From the NCBI GenBank assembly GCA_013239625.1, contig MU053652.1:1054001-1118000 (forward strand): 64,000 bases of DNA, given 5' to 3'. The notes beneath the pieces are model-generated. The model saw only the letters and a list, made by a program, of their open reading frames with translations. It searched no databases and was not told where the DNA came from. Below, one piece after another: positions 22,381 through 34,377 of the stretch; positions within the stretch are counted from its first letter, which is position 1; every line of letters begins with the position of its first letter. The stretch comes from Lama guanicoe (taxonomy: Eukaryota). The translations under genes were made by a program, and so were the position numbers.

Positions 22381-23603
22381 ACATACTGCAGTAGTATTAG
22401 CCTCATTCTCTATTTGATATAAAAGTAATCTAAGCATAGTGATATGTATGGCTAGGCATATAAGCCATAGGGAATTTCTTAGATGATACTCAGTGATCTG
22501 TTGTCCCCTTGCCATCCTTTTGCACAACTGTAATGCAGACAACACCATCCGAGATTTTCAGAAAATAGAGGCAGAAGGAAGGTAAGCCCCAAAACCTCAG
22601 GATCTCAGTGGTGGATGAGGTGGGTAGAACCTCCTAGGTCATGGCTACTTTCACCATCCTGAATTCTCTTCAGTAGCCGCTCCACACAGCCAGGGTCAGA
22701 ACACTAAGCCCCTGGCACCCAGGCCCAAAGAGTGAGAGCCTGGGAAATATTAACCTGAAACACTATAGAAACTTTCACCTGCAGTGCTTATAACAGCAGT
22801 GAGAGAGTAAGTCCAGCAGCGACAGAGAAAGGCTACTGCTTACCAGACTCTTTTCCCTCTCTAGGGCTTAAGGGAATTTCATTCCCAGAAATGTGTACAG
22901 AGCCTTTGCCATTGTGTCCCAGGTGTGTTCCACCTGTGCATCCTTTGAACTTTAGATTGCATTAGAAGAGCTAACATTTGCTTGTTTGGAAGGAGGCTGT
23001 CTCTTCTCCACCCTTCTCCCTGGCCATTTGAGAAAGGTCTGAGAGTGAGAATGATTCCTTTAATAAATGGAGACAGAGTCCCATCTTCCCCACAATGTTT
23101 TCATCAGCCTTTCATTTCACCATTTTTTAAAAACAGAATTCAAGGTGATTTTCAGATTTGGTACAATTCCTCTGACCTATGATTCTCTAAGTTTGTAAAT
23201 GAGAGTAGAACTTTCTGGCTTATAAGATGGGAAAAGTGAGGCAGGGAGTAGGGGAGTGATGGAGTCCAAGTGACTTGACTCAAAAAAGGGGAATTTCAGA
23301 GCCCATGATGGCATAATGAGTTGATGAGAAACAACCAGAGGCTTTCCAATTTTTTCCCCTCTTGTCCCCTCAGTGATTCCTCAGCAATTTAGAATAATTA
23401 TTTCCTAGACTGAGTCTATTCCTCTCGTCTACCAGGCAGAAAATGAAGACGAATCCACATGTTTAAAACAATACCTTCTCTTCTACCCTGCCCCTCACCA
23501 AATCATGCAAATAATTTCTGTAGTCCTTGAGTCAGGAAAAAATTAAAATCTCCTTCAAACAGTTTACATTTTTTGTGTTATAATGCTATTCCACAGGTGA
23601 ATT

Positions 23604-23752
23604 CTGTTTGTTTTTGTTTGTTTGGTTGGGTTTTTTGAGGGGAGGGGTTTAGGTTTGTTTGTTTTTAAAATTTATTGGAGATACTGGGGATCAAATCCAA
23701 GGACTTCATGCATGCTAAGCATGCACTCCACCACTGATCTATACCCTCCCCC
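23604..23752 (-). mobile_element. tRNA-derived camelid SINE
   Basis: Antisense A/B boxes; TSD caggtgaatt at 23594-23603 and 23755-23764. Confidence 0.9.
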
Positions 23753-24689
23753 TGCAGGTGAATTATGAATGCAAAAATATTTGCACACAATAATTTTTAT
23801 TAGGACTGTTACAACATGCAATCTTACAAACTACTTTCTTATGTAATCTTCCTCAGAAAGCAGTTACTTAAGAAGGCAGTTTCTGAAAGCTGTAAGTTGC
23901 TAAGAAGTTACTAAGGAAAATCATTTTTGTCAAAAATAAAATATTGATCAAATGATTATAACTTGGAGTGAGCTCTCACATAAAAAAAAGAAAACACAAA
24001 GATGTAAAAGTGCTCAAGTGAAGAAAGATCTAGAAATAGAATTAATTAGTAAGAGTTTTTTCCTGAAGGGCTGAAATGCCTTACCTGGTCATAATCTCCC
24101 ACTTTTCCTGCTCCATGGAAAGAATCAATGAAAAGACCTGAAACTTATAAGGAACTACTTCAACAGAAGCTGTGAGAAAGGAGAATCATTAAAACAATTC
24201 TTTAAAGAATAGCCAACAGTTGATGGAATCTATAAAAACAATTTTTCACAGGCAGAAGAGCCAGGGACATGAACCCTCTGACATATTATATGACTTTAAA
24301 ATAAGGATTAAAGAGAAATTCCAGAGATATTTTAAACATCAAGTCTTGGGAAAACAAACTATGCTATGAATGATCATGTTTAGAATTCGTAAGAAATGAA
24401 CTGAGTTTTGCCACATACCAGAGTTCTTTCTGACTACTGCCCAGAGATTAGTGCATTTGAAGCGAAGGGCACTAGAGATGGAACGCCGGGGCTCACCATT
24501 ATCCATGCCTTCTCTGTTTGACCAAAACATACCATGAGACCACATTCCCATTCCCCATTACAGCCAGGAGTGACCTCTTGATTGAATTAGGCTCTGGACT
24601 TATTATGGTCAGTGCCATGAGAATCTGTAAAACCTTTCAGACTTCTTATGTGCTGTGTACACTATATTCTCAACCTTCCTTCACTTCTT

Positions 24690-24880
24690 GGCTGGAAAAA
24701 GGATTTTTCCATCCCTAGAAGATGACAAAACCATGAAGTATAAGGAGTCTGGATCCCTGAAACTCTGCATGGAAAGCTGCTAATCCATTTGATTGGGATA
24801 TGAGCAAAAAAATGAATCTATTATTTGCACTATCTGAGGTTTGGAGGTCATTTGTTACGGCAGATAGGCTACTTTGATTA
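24690..24880 (+). mobile_element. MaLR LTR 3' part (MLT1)
   Basis: gagtctggatccctga...gtcatttgttacggcag. Confidence 0.6.
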
Positions 24881-24884
24881 ATGC

Positions 24885-25026
24885 AATGCTTATTAAAATT
24901 ACAGATTCCTATTTCCATCCCAAGATGTGTTGAATCAGAAACTCTTGGAACACGATCCAGGAATCTGGAATTCATAACAAATCCTCCAAGTGATTCCATG
25001 CACACTGAAATTTGAGACATGCCGGT
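24885..25026. mobile_element. MER5-type hAT-Charlie MITE
   Basis: tgaatcagaaactct..aacaaatcctccaagtgattc..aatttgaga. Confidence 0.75.
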
Positions 25027-25209
25027 TTAGACTTTGATTTCTTTGAGAGTTCTTTCTGTCTATCAAAATAAAACCTGTCTTAAAGGTGTTAAGTTGAACT
25101 GTTCAAAAGAGTTTTAAATCTGTTAGTATAGAACAATGCACTTGAAACAATGTTAATCTCATTTCCATCACTACACTCATAGTTTAAATCACGCAGCTCA
25201 GAGTATGCA

Positions 25210-26155
25210 ACATTTATTCAACAAATATTTATTAAGCTCCCACCTTGTGCCAGGTACTATACTAAAGGCTGGAGATACGTGATCAACAACACAGTCACAT
25301 TCTCTGGGCCCACGGAGCCTCCTATGGATATGGAGAACTAGGACGAGTTGTGGCAAGTGGAAATACCTGGTGCTCTGGGAGCAAATAGGAAAAATAATTT
25401 AATCCAGGTGCTCTGGATTCAGGGGCAATATCTCAAGTGAAGTATGAAAGATGCCCAGGAATTAGCCTGATAGAAGGGAAAAAGAAGGGTGATGGGTAAA
25501 ACCTTGTTCAAAACAGGCAAACAACGTGCACTAATTTCAAAAGGTGAGAGAGCGTGCAACATAATGTTAGGGCTGGGCATGAGAAGATTTGGGGCCAGAG
25601 AACTAAGTGTGGCCAGGTCCAAAAGGGCGGTGGGGATCAATTTAAGGAACTTGGAAATGATCTTGAGGGGAATGAGGAGCCACTGAAGGGATTTACAAGG
25701 AAATGCACTTTATCACATTTGCTTATAAAAATTACTCCAGCTGCATTGTAGAGACCGATTGGCTAGTTTAACTAGAGGAAACCAGTTAAAAGACTGGTTT
25801 GTATGTGTTGCAGAATTCCAGGTGATAACTAATTAATTTGTTCATTCAGTTTACTGGATACAATAGTGACAAGGTAGACATGATTTCTGTCCTCATGAAC
25901 TTTAAAGCTTTGAGAGAGACAAAGACACACACAAACAAGAGACTGAGGTTGAATGTGTAATAAAATGATGATAGTGGCTGAGGATAGCCACAGTAAGGGT
26001 GCAGAGAAGTACTGGTAATTGATGAAATGCAAGCGTGGAGGAAGGAGAAGTCCAAGAGGATGCTCTGGTTTCTGGCATGAATGAATGGCACCATCATTCA
26101 TCGTGATAACGAAGAAAAGAATAAGACGAGTTTAAAAGAGAGAATGTGTTCAATT
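25210..26155 (-). mobile_element. LINE-2 fragments (nested)
   Basis: cattcaacaaatatttattaag-type terminus; gaatgaggagccactgaagggattta. Confidence 0.8.
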
Positions 26156-26156
26156 T

Positions 26157-26860
26157 TGGACTAACACTACCTGATTTCAAGACTTATTATAAAGATACAG
26201 TAATCAAGACAGTGAGATATTTGCATAAAGATAGATCAATAGATCAAAGGAACAAATTAGAGAATCCAGAAATAGATGCACACATATATGGCCAACTGAT
26301 TTTCAACAAAGGCACAACAGCAATTCAATGGAATTAAGATTGCCTTTTCAACAAATGGTTCTGAAAAATTGTAATAACCATAAACTGGAAACTCAAATGT
26401 TCATCAACAAGTGAATGACTACACAAATTGTAGTATATCTATACAATGGAATACTACTGAGCAACAAAAAGGAATTAACTATTGATATATGCAATAACAT
26501 AGATAAATCTCAAAACTATTATTATAATTGAAAAAGCCAAGGAAAAAAGGTATATGCTATATGGTTTTATTTCTTTAAAATTCTATGAAATTCAAATGAC
26601 TCTATTAGTGACAGAAAGCAAATCAGTACTTGCCCGGTGACTGACAGGGAGGGGTAGCATGAAGGGGCTGGAGGGAGGGATTACAAAGGAATATATGCAC
26701 ATTTTTAGGGGGTGATGGATATGTTTATTATTTTGATTGTGGTGACAGTTTTATGGGTATAAACATATGTCAAAGTTTTTCAAACAATATACTTTAAATA
26801 TGTGTCATAGCTTGTATATCAATTATAACTCAATAAAACTGTTGAAATACTTAAAAAAAT
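26157..26860 (+). mobile_element. Old L1 (ORF2 piece fused to 3' UTR)
   Basis: GLTLPDFKTYYK.TVIKTV.Y translation. Confidence 0.9.
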
Positions 26861-26869
26861 TAAACTGTA

Positions 26870-27110
26870 CGAGTGAGCCTCATCCAACTTGTGGAAGGCC
26901 TGAATAGACTAAAGAGTCTTAGTAGAAAAGAATTCTCTCTCTGCTTGCTTGACTGTCTTCCAGCTGGGACATCCCTCTTCTCCTGCCTTTAGGCTTGGAC
27001 TCAGCCTGGAACTTAAACCATTGGCTCTCCTGGTCTCTGGTTTGGGACTACAGATCTTGGACTTCTCAGCTTCCATAATTGCAAGGGCCAATTTCTTAGG
27101 TAAATATCAA
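26870..27110 (+). mobile_element. ERVL LTR (MLT2-like) 3' part
   Basis: cctcatccaac..gaaggcctgaatagac..ggacttctcagcttccataatt. Confidence 0.85.
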
Positions 27111-27249
27111 TCTCTTTCTATGTATATGTATGTATATTTATATATGGAATACATAATTCCATATAACATAATTATATGAATATAAAATTTATGTAATATA
27201 AATTCTATGTATAACTGTATGTAATTCTTTTTTCCTATTTATATATGTA

Positions 27250-27760
27250 TCTTTTTCTATTGAAATAAAGTTGATTTACATGTTGTGTTAATTTCTGGTG
27301 TACAGTATATTGATTCAGTTATATATACATAAATTCTTTATCATTATAGGTTATTACAAGATACTGAATATAATTCCCTGTGCTAAACAGTAGGACCTTG
27401 TTGTTTATCTATTTTATATATAGTAGTTGGTATCTGCAAATCCCAGATTCCTAATTTATCCTTTCCCACCCCCTTCCCACCCTCCTCCTGCCCCACCACT
27501 GGTAATCATAAGTTTGTTTTCTATGTCTGTAAGTCTGTTTCTGTTTTGTAAATAGGTTAATTTGTGTCTTTTTTTTTTTTTTTAGATTCCACATATGAGT
27601 GATGTCATATGGTATTTTTCTTTCTCTTTCTGGCTTACTTCACTTAGAGTAATGATTTCCAGGCCCAGCCATGTTGCTGCAAATGGCATTATCTTATTCT
27701 TTTTTTAAGGCTGAGCAGTATTCTATTTGTGTGTGTGTGTGTGTATGTATATATATATAC
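27250..27760 (-). mobile_element. L1 3' UTR
   Basis: Antisense L1 3' end. Confidence 0.92.
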
Positions 27761-28170
27761 ATTCTAAGTGAAGTCATTCTAAGTGAAGTAAGTTAAAAAG
27801 AAAGAAAAATGCCATATGATATCACTTATATGTGGAATCTAAAAAAAAAAAGACAAATGAACTTATTTACAAAACAGAAACAGACTCACAGATATAGAAA
27901 ACAAATTTGTGGTTACTGGGTTGGAGGAAGAGGGTGGAAAGGAATAAATTGGGAGTTTAAGATTTGCAGATACTAACTACTATATATAAAATAGATACAC
28001 AAGTTTATATTATGTAACACAGGGAACTATATTCAATATCTTGTAGTAACCTATAATGAAAAAGAATATGAAAACAAGTATATGTATTTATATGCATAAC
28101 TGAACTATTATGCTGTATACTAGAAATTGACACATTGTAAACTGAGTATACTTCAATTTAAAAAAAAGTA
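27760..28170 (+). mobile_element. L1 3' UTR (opposite orientation to its neighbour)
   Basis: attctaagtgaagtaag...cattgtaaactgagtatacttcaattt followed by an A tail. Confidence 0.92.
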
Positions 28171-28181
28171 AAATGAGTTTT

Positions 28182-28475
28182 CAGACAAATACTGTATGAT
28201 ACCACTTATATGTGGAATCTAAAAAATACAACAAACTAGTGAATATAACAAAAAAGAAGCAGACTCACAGATACAGGGAACAAACTAGTGGTTACTAGTG
28301 GGGGTGGGGGAGGGGGAAATTAGGGGTGGGGGAGTAGGAGGTACAAACTATTGGATGAAGATAGGCTCAGGAATGTATTGTACAACATGGGGGATAGAGC
28401 CAATATTTTGTAATAACTATAAATGGAAAGTAACCTTTAAAATCGTATAAAAATTTTTAAAAATTTGAAATAAAA
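28182..28475 (+). mobile_element. L1 3' UTR, different subfamily
   Basis: agacaaatactgtatgata..acaaactagtgaatataacaaaaaagaagc; same 3' type as 37040-37380. Confidence 0.9.
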
Positions 28476-31384
28476 TGAAAGCTTTCAGAAATGGAAACAT
28501 TTTAGATGATGACAAGATCTAGGGATGTAGCCTTGGGAGTAGATGGCTGAAAAAAAAGTGGAGGTGATTTTCATTGCTATTGTGTGAATCAAGGAACTGA
28601 TTGACCAGTATGTGTTGAGTCATCCAGGGGTTCTTGGTGAGAGGAAGATTCAAGAGTCCAGACACGTATTGCTAACTGATATCAGCATTTCCTATTTTCA
28701 GGTTTTACTGCTGTAAGTGATGCAGTACCTGGGAGAAATTATACCCCTAAACACATACAGTGATCATGGAAAACATCATGCCTGAACTATTTTGATCAAA
28801 AGCTGTACATTTACTCTTCTAGATCGTGCAGCCCTATTTTTTGGGGGGGTCCTTTTATTGTGTTTTTAGCCTTGTGAGCTGTATAACTTTAAAAAGTCTC
28901 ATCAGAAAAGTTCCTTTCCTGCAATTAGTCCCTCCTAATCCCTCACCCAGTAGTTCTGCATTAGCACGTGAGTAGTTATGATTGGATGGGTTCTAGGAAA
29001 TGAGGGCATTGGATTAGATCAGGGAGAGGTTCTGAACCTTTTTTTAATTGTTGATCTCTTTGGAAATTTGATGAAAATATGACTCCTTTTTTCCAGGAAA
29101 AAAATTGTTTGCACATACCCACACAATTCTGCTTTCAATTTAAAGGCAGTTCGTTGACTGTCACTTCATATATCCTGAATTTGATTACTGAGGATATGTT
29201 TTCAGTTCTATAATATTATGACTACCATTATACTACAAAATCAGTTGGCTCATTAGCAAAAAAAATAATAATAATGCTGTCACAATCCTTTCCCCAAAAC
29301 TTGTCTCTGAGATCCCTTTCTGTAATGGGTGAGGTCTAGAGCTGCCGTACAAATTCCTCTCTGATTGTGGCCTAGGATTTTTCTCCTAGTATAACACTTC
29401 CTGGTCAGAGCACCTGAGAGTCATGTTATTCACCCCAACAGATTTTATTTGAAAAGGATCAAGCTCTTCAGCTGAAACAGCTGAGACTGATATCCTGTTT
29501 GTTGACTGGCAACAGCCCAAGCCCACAGCTGAAGTGGTGAAAGGGACACCAGAGACACTTATCATCCAGCCAATTCACTCTGACGTGGGAATTACAAGCT
29601 GAGAGTAGGGAGTTTGGCACAGAAGGCAGTGCAAGGAACTGACGGGCTGATGACAGAGTCTCTCTTGAACACATTTGTGTTCTTGGTCTCAAGAGTACTT
29701 AGAAATGACAAGCCAAGAAGAGTCCACAGAGCAAAATGAAGAAACAGGAAAGAAAAAAATCCTCCAAACAAGCAAGCAAGCTACAAACTTACAATATTTG
29801 TAAAAAAAAAAGTCTAGAAATAAACTTAATTATTATTATTCTTAAATTAGAATCAGTCACCAAGATGGTATCTTTCTCTTTCTGTTAAAAGGTCACTAAC
29901 AGTTTGTCCAAAGCAGCAGTAGGAGAGCTATCTGCTCAGTATTCAGAGTAGGTGCAAATACTAATCCATTTAAGAAAATAAATGTGCTCTGTAAATCAGA
30001 TTATTTGGTCCTGCTCTTCCTCTTGGGCAGAAAGTTACCTTTATTCTCATACTCTATTCGTTCATTCTCTCTCTACCTCTAACTATACTTTCTCAAATTC
30101 CTAGAGTAGTGATGTAAAAATTATGTACAGTTTAGCTACATAGTACTTTGATTTTATCTATTGCCCAAAGGATTTGAAATGATTTATCATAAAGACTAAA
30201 ATACTAGAAAACCACTAAAAGATAGCGAAAGAATAAGGGCCAGGCGATTGATGGATTACAGCTGTGTCATAAAAACTTAGGCAACGCAAAACCACTGCAG
30301 TAGATCCCAAAACATGGTTTTGAGATCCCTGGAAGCTGAGGTAAGAAATAGAATGACGGAGGTAGTCTTAACTATCTATTAAATTAAATGTACTAACTTA
30401 AAAAACGTTTTCTATAATCAAATTTTAAAATGAATTTACCTGTCCTGGAGGTATTCAACTCTTACAGTGAATGTAAATATCTTCAATTTTATTTGAGAGA
30501 GAGAAAAACTTTTTATACGGGATATTCTCAGTGTATCCTCGTTAAGTGCCAAGGGGAGGAAAGATGTTATAGGTCATGGATTTGTTAAGGTTTTCTCAGA
30601 GGTAGCTTAAAGAAGTTTATCATAGAAGTGTTACTTGCTGATTTTTGACTGGCATGAGGATAAAACTTAGGGCAGAAGAGAATTTAGGCTAGACGAATGC
30701 ATCTTTAGGTGGCTTTTTTGAAAATTCTTTTTAATTATCAGTAGTTTCAGGTGGGTAATTAACAGACAATGAAAGGCAGGTAACTTGAGACCTAAAGTAT
30801 AGTTTTCCCACATTGTTTATAGAAGATTCATGTGTTGTACGTATCTGGTGTGCTGATGGCAAAGCTGACATTTTATGATGAAATCTAAGAAACTTGATTT
30901 ACATTCTTGCATAGATAGAAGGTCTTTCTGTTTGTACTCAGGGTAGGATTCAGGTGTATATACAAACAGTGCCAAAAAATTTCTAGGAAACAGCTTTGCA
31001 TAACTAAAATATATCCTGGTAACTAAATTAAACAACAGAATTGTTTAGTCTGGAAGCTGGAGCACATATGCCCATGGTGGCCACTTTGAAATTGACACAA
31101 TTAATTTTAGGCTTTTGTTTTTTATAATAGTCATTGGGATTATTTGCTTTAGGATTGCTGAAGAGAGAAAGACTATGCTATCACCAAAGAAAAGGGTGCT
31201 TATATTCCTGTTTGCTAAGAGAAGAGAGAATGCATCCACTATTCCAAAAGTTGTACAGTGTATTGGGTATGAGTTCCAGGGAAGAGGAAGTAGTTACATA
31301 ATTGCTACTAACAAGGAGTGGGATCTTTTATTTCTGCTCCTCAATACTCACTTAAGGATTCTGTTGAAGTGAGACGGAGTAGGA

Positions 31385-32090
31385 TTGCAGTTTGGTGCAG
31401 CCATTGTAGAAAAAAGTATGGAGAGTCCTCAAAAGACTGAAAATAGACTTACCATATGACCCAGCAATTCCACTACTGGGCATATATCCAGAAGGAAGCC
31501 TAATTCAAAAAGATACCTGCACCCCAATGTTCATAGCAGCACTATTTACAATAGCCAAGACATGGAAACAACCTAAATGGCCATCGATAGATAACTGGAT
31601 AAAGAAGTTGTATATTTATACAATGGAATACTACTCAGCCATAAAAAATAATAAAATAATGCCTTTTGCAGCAACAATAGATGGCCCTGGAGAATGTCAT
31701 TCTAAGTGAAGTAAGCCAGAAAGAAAAAGAAAAATACCATATGATATCATTTATATATGGAATCTGAAAAAAAAAAAGACAAATGATCTTATTTACAAAA
31801 TAGAAACAGACTCACAGGCATAGAATACAGACTTGTGGTTGCCAGGGTGCAGGGAGGTGGGAAGGGATAAACTAGGAGTTCAAGATTTGCAGATACTGAC
31901 TGATATAGATAAAATAAAGAAGCTTATACTGTATAGCACAGGGAAATATACTCAATATCTTGTAGTAGCTTATGGTGAAAAGCAATATGAAAATAAATAT
32001 ATGTATATTCATGTATGACTGAAGAATTATGCTATACACCAGAAACTGACACAACATTGTAAACTGACTATATACCTCACTAAAAAAAAA
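31385..32090 (+). mobile_element. Young L1 3' portion
   Basis: [20 protein letters not shown] translation; A tail. Confidence 0.95.
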
Positions 32091-33205
32091 TGAGCAAAGG
32101 ACTTGAATAGACATTTTTCCAAAGATGTATGAATGGCCAACAGGTATATTAAAAAGTGCTCAATATCACTAATCATCAGAGAAATGAAAATCAAAACCAC
32201 AGGAAAATATCACCTCATACTTGTTATAATGGCTACTATCAAAAAAGATGAGAGAACAAGTGTTGACAAGGCTGTGGAGAGAAGGGAACCCATGTGTACT
32301 ATTGGTAGGAATGTAAATTGGTACAACCACTGTGGAAAACAGTATGGATATTCTTCAGAAAATTAAAAATAGAGCTATTAATGTGATTCTGCAGTTTCAC
32401 TTCTGGGTGTATATGAGCAGGAAATGAAGTCACTATCTTAAAGATAGTGTTCATTGCATCATTATTCACAATAGCCAAGACATGGAAACAAGTGTCCATT
32501 AATGAACAAACAGATAAAGGTAATAGAATATTAGTCAGCCATAAGAAGGAAATCCTGTCTTTTGTGATAACATGGATGGACCTTGAAGGCATTATGCTAA
32601 ATGAAATAAGTCACACAGAAAAAGACAAATAATGTATGTTCTCATGTGGAATTTTTTTTTGTGTGTGTGTGGGGAGGGAGGTAATTAGATTGATTTATTT
32701 ATTTAGAGGAGGTACTGGGGATTGAACCCAGTATCTCATGCATGCTAAGCATGCACTCTTCCGCTTGGGCTATAATCTCCCCCTACATGTGGAATTTTTT
32801 TAAAGCTGAATTAAAAGAAGTAGAGACTAGAGTGGGGCTAGCTAGGGACTGGTGGGTAGGAGGAATAGGGAGATGTTGGTCAAAGTGTACTCACTTCCAC
32901 CTATCAGATGATTAAATTCTGGGGATCTAATGTACAGCAGGTGACTATAATTAACAACAATTTTTTATGTCCTTTTTTAGATTAAAACTTAAAAAATTTA
33001 TTATATTAAATTTATTAAAAGCTGTTAAGAGAGTAGATCTTAAAAGTTAACACCTTTTGAAAAATAGTAATAATGTGGGGGACAAAGGTATTAACTAACT
33101 TTACTGTGGTAGTCATTTCACAATATATAATGTGCATGAAATTCTCATATCATACACCTTAAACTTACATTTGTTATATGTCAATAATACCTCAAAACTA
33201 GGGGA
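32091..33205 (+). mobile_element. Older L1 (L1MA-like) 3' portion interrupted by a SINE
   Basis: MANRYIKKCSISLIIREMKIKTT translation; L1MA-like 3' UTR. Confidence 0.9.
32658..32783 (-). mobile_element. tRNA-derived camelid SINE
   Basis: TSD catgtggaatttttt starting at 32643 and 32786. Confidence 0.92.
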
Positions 33206-34089
33206 AAAGTTTAGGTCTTGACTTGAGAACTGCTTGTGTATGTGTGTGTATGTATGTATAAGAGAGAGAGGGGGAGAGAGAGAGAACAAGGATTCCATTT
33301 AAATATATCAACATTTCCTGGAGTATGTTTCCCAGAATATGAATCCCATACTAGTCCCATATTCAGCCAAAACAAAAAGAGTTTTCCTTAGTCAGGTAAG
33401 AGTTCAGGAATCTGCACCCCATATCTTGTGTCCTGTGAGTCACAATGTATACTAGCATAGACCGAGCAGCAGATTTCATTCAACCCAGAGTTTTCACCAG
33501 GGCATTCTTTTTTATGTGATATTTATTAGTTTCCTACTAAACACACTTCGCTAAACACAGCAGTGAATGAATTGCTTTTTCCCATGTTGCTGGAAATCTA
33601 AGAAACATTGGCCATAGCTCCAAGTAGAACACTGTGTAACAGTTCTATGCTTATGCTACAAATGCAGTATCCACTGAACAGAAGACTTTATCTTCATGAG
33701 TTTGCCATACTTCACTCAAGGCAAAGTTCTGACAAATTAAGTGCCTAAACGTTGGGGTTTTCTTCCTGTTAGCACAACTGGTCCCAGAAGAGTCTGGTTT
33801 CTTTCTTGGTATCTACAGGCCATATTACTTCTTCATAGATGGAGGAAACTTAACAGCTCATGGAGATCTGGATGTTGTAGAAAGCTACCATCCCAAAGAT
33901 GCCTAGAGTCAAAACTATAAAAATTTATTTTAAAAACTGCTGATTTTCTTGTTTTAATACGGATAAGAAAAGTTTTACATGTGTGACATTTTCCTGTAAC
34001 TAATCATATTTAAGATTATTATTATTAACCTGTTTGTTTATGATAACTTTAATAGAGAAAAAGCAAGACAAGAGAGTTTGTTTTGTTTG

Positions 34090-34290
34090 TCACCAACTCT
34101 ATTCCAGCTTCTATGCTGAATCCTTCACATTTGTTGCCCATTTTCTATTCACAACAATCCTATAATGTGGGCCTTATTATCCTCTTTTGCAGATTTGAAA
34201 GTTGAAGTTCAGCAACATTAATAAACACTTTCCATAATTGTGAGAATCAGAATTTGGATCCAGGTCTCTTAGATTCCCAAACCTACATTT
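34090..34290 (-). mobile_element. MIR
   Basis: ttcacaacaatcctat..ttattatcctcttttgcagat. Confidence 0.7.
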
Positions 34291-34377
34291 TCCTACTCTT
34301 TCTTGTGTATGACATAGGGCACTGGGAGACATGTTAGAAGAGAGCTTTACCACTTACTATATGTGTAATCTTACTCC

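Noticed and set aside
21892..22548. Longest ORF in the track (218 aa)
   Set aside because: Chance read-through of the L1 ORF2 tail, a microsatellite and 3' UTR.
28690..28718. 11-nt microexon (cag|gttttactgct|gtaagt)
   Set aside because: No host gene is evident and the length is frame-shifting; such short matches arise by chance.
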